A stretch of DNA of 9,008 nucleotides, from contig JBHGNT010001401.1 of assembly GCA_043228905.1 (NCBI GenBank), positions 1 through 9,008 on the forward strand, given 5' to 3'. This DNA is from Azolla caroliniana (lineage: Eukaryota > Plantae > Polypodiophyta). The notes beneath the pieces were generated by a model, which made no database searches, was not told the origin of the DNA, and saw only the letters and a list, made by a program, of their open reading frames with translations. Shown here piece after piece: positions 8,031 to 9,008 of this stretch. How positions within the stretch are numbered: the stretch's first letter is position 1; each line of letters starts with the position of its first letter. Position numbers and translations under genes: made by a program.

Positions 8031-9008
8031 TCATTCATGATTCATTCATTCTCTGGAGTCTGTTTAATTGGGGAGGGAGGGGAACAAAATACATATTTAC
8101 CAAAATACCCTCCATCCAAGAAATAGGTTTTACAAAACTCTAAGCATGCCCCTCAACATACATATAAGATATTTACTCTTTTGTTCCTTGCACTCAAATA
8201 TAGGAGTCCTTGCATTCATTCTTTACATGCCATGTTTGAATGCTATCCCCACATACCAAATCGTGCAACATCCTAACCAACCTCTTTTGTGCTCGAATGG
8301 CATGCCTGTGTTCCTTTCTTGCTATTTCGGATTGCATCTAACAAAAGAGCATAATCGAGTTCTTTTGACACAACACTACCATTTTCAATCGATTACTAAT
8401 GATAAGCAATAGATGAAAATGGTTAAGGGAGGTAATGGTTTGAAAGTCCCCATTGGAGTCTCGTATCGTGAAATATGATCTTAGGTCATATCTTGAAAGT
8501 TTAAATGAATACAAATCCTTATCGTTAGAGTTTTGCCTTAGAAGAGATGTTGTGATGAAGGGAGTAGCTAGTCCCCTTCAATAAGTTGAAGTCCTCACGC
8601 ATAAATCATTCAAACTAACTTTAAGATTTGGTCCCTAATGTTATTATGCCTATAACATTTGGACACTATAAGTAGCAAAAAAACGAAGCTTCCTTATACG
8701 AGAGCATGTTTATGATCTCTATACTATCCACTCAATGTCAAGAGCTTAAGAGAAGATTATGCATAGACTATTTATTGAATACGTATATATAGGGATCAAA
8801 TATAACAAATGTCAAAGCTCCTATAGGAAATGGACTCTAGTTGGGAACTTTTCACATACTAGATTAGAGAGTCATGCCAAATTTATATGTCCAAATGTTT
8901 AGGCTCTTTTCACATTACCATTAACAATTGGATGTAACTAAATTCTAGAATTTCCTTGCCTTATGATATTGTGGTGTGCATGTGTTCCTTTGTGCCACCC
9001 TTTTAGCT

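Noticed and set aside
8556-8580. Imperfect inverted repeat TGAAGGG...CCCTTCA
   Set aside because: The arms are only 7 bp; this is expected by chance and there is no target-site duplication or element context.
8068-9008. 114-aa ORF or possible transposon remnant upstream of the PPR gene
   Set aside because: Non-ATG start, and no transposase, RT, LTR or paired terminal repeats that I can identify; left as unassigned upstream sequence.

Overview
Land-plant nuclear DNA, AT-rich. The PPR style is fern/lycophyte-like, which is my inference only. Two genes lie on the minus strand. The first is an intronless 1142-aa PLS-class pentatricopeptide-repeat (PPR) gene (4602-8030) with about 26 motifs, E1, a truncated E2 and no DYW domain; a tandem 33-bp/11-aa repeat block is inserted between its first L and S motifs. 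The second is a UBC8/9/10-type (Ubc4/5 family) E2 ubiquitin-conjugating enzyme gene, of which the first three coding exons are present (2053-2122, 1448-1575, 250-354); the last exon falls outside the window. Intron 2 of the E2 gene holds a ~110-bp large-subunit rRNA fragment that looks like mitochondrial rrn26 (a NUMT, i.e. organelle DNA inserted in the nucleus), a decayed duplicate of the exon 2/intron 2 junction, and a degenerate repeat family. Between the genes are a 66-bp minisatellite and a symmetric microsatellite promoter region. I see no convincing new multi-gene system. The best leads are the repeat-interrupted, DYW-less PPR protein and the mosaic intron.
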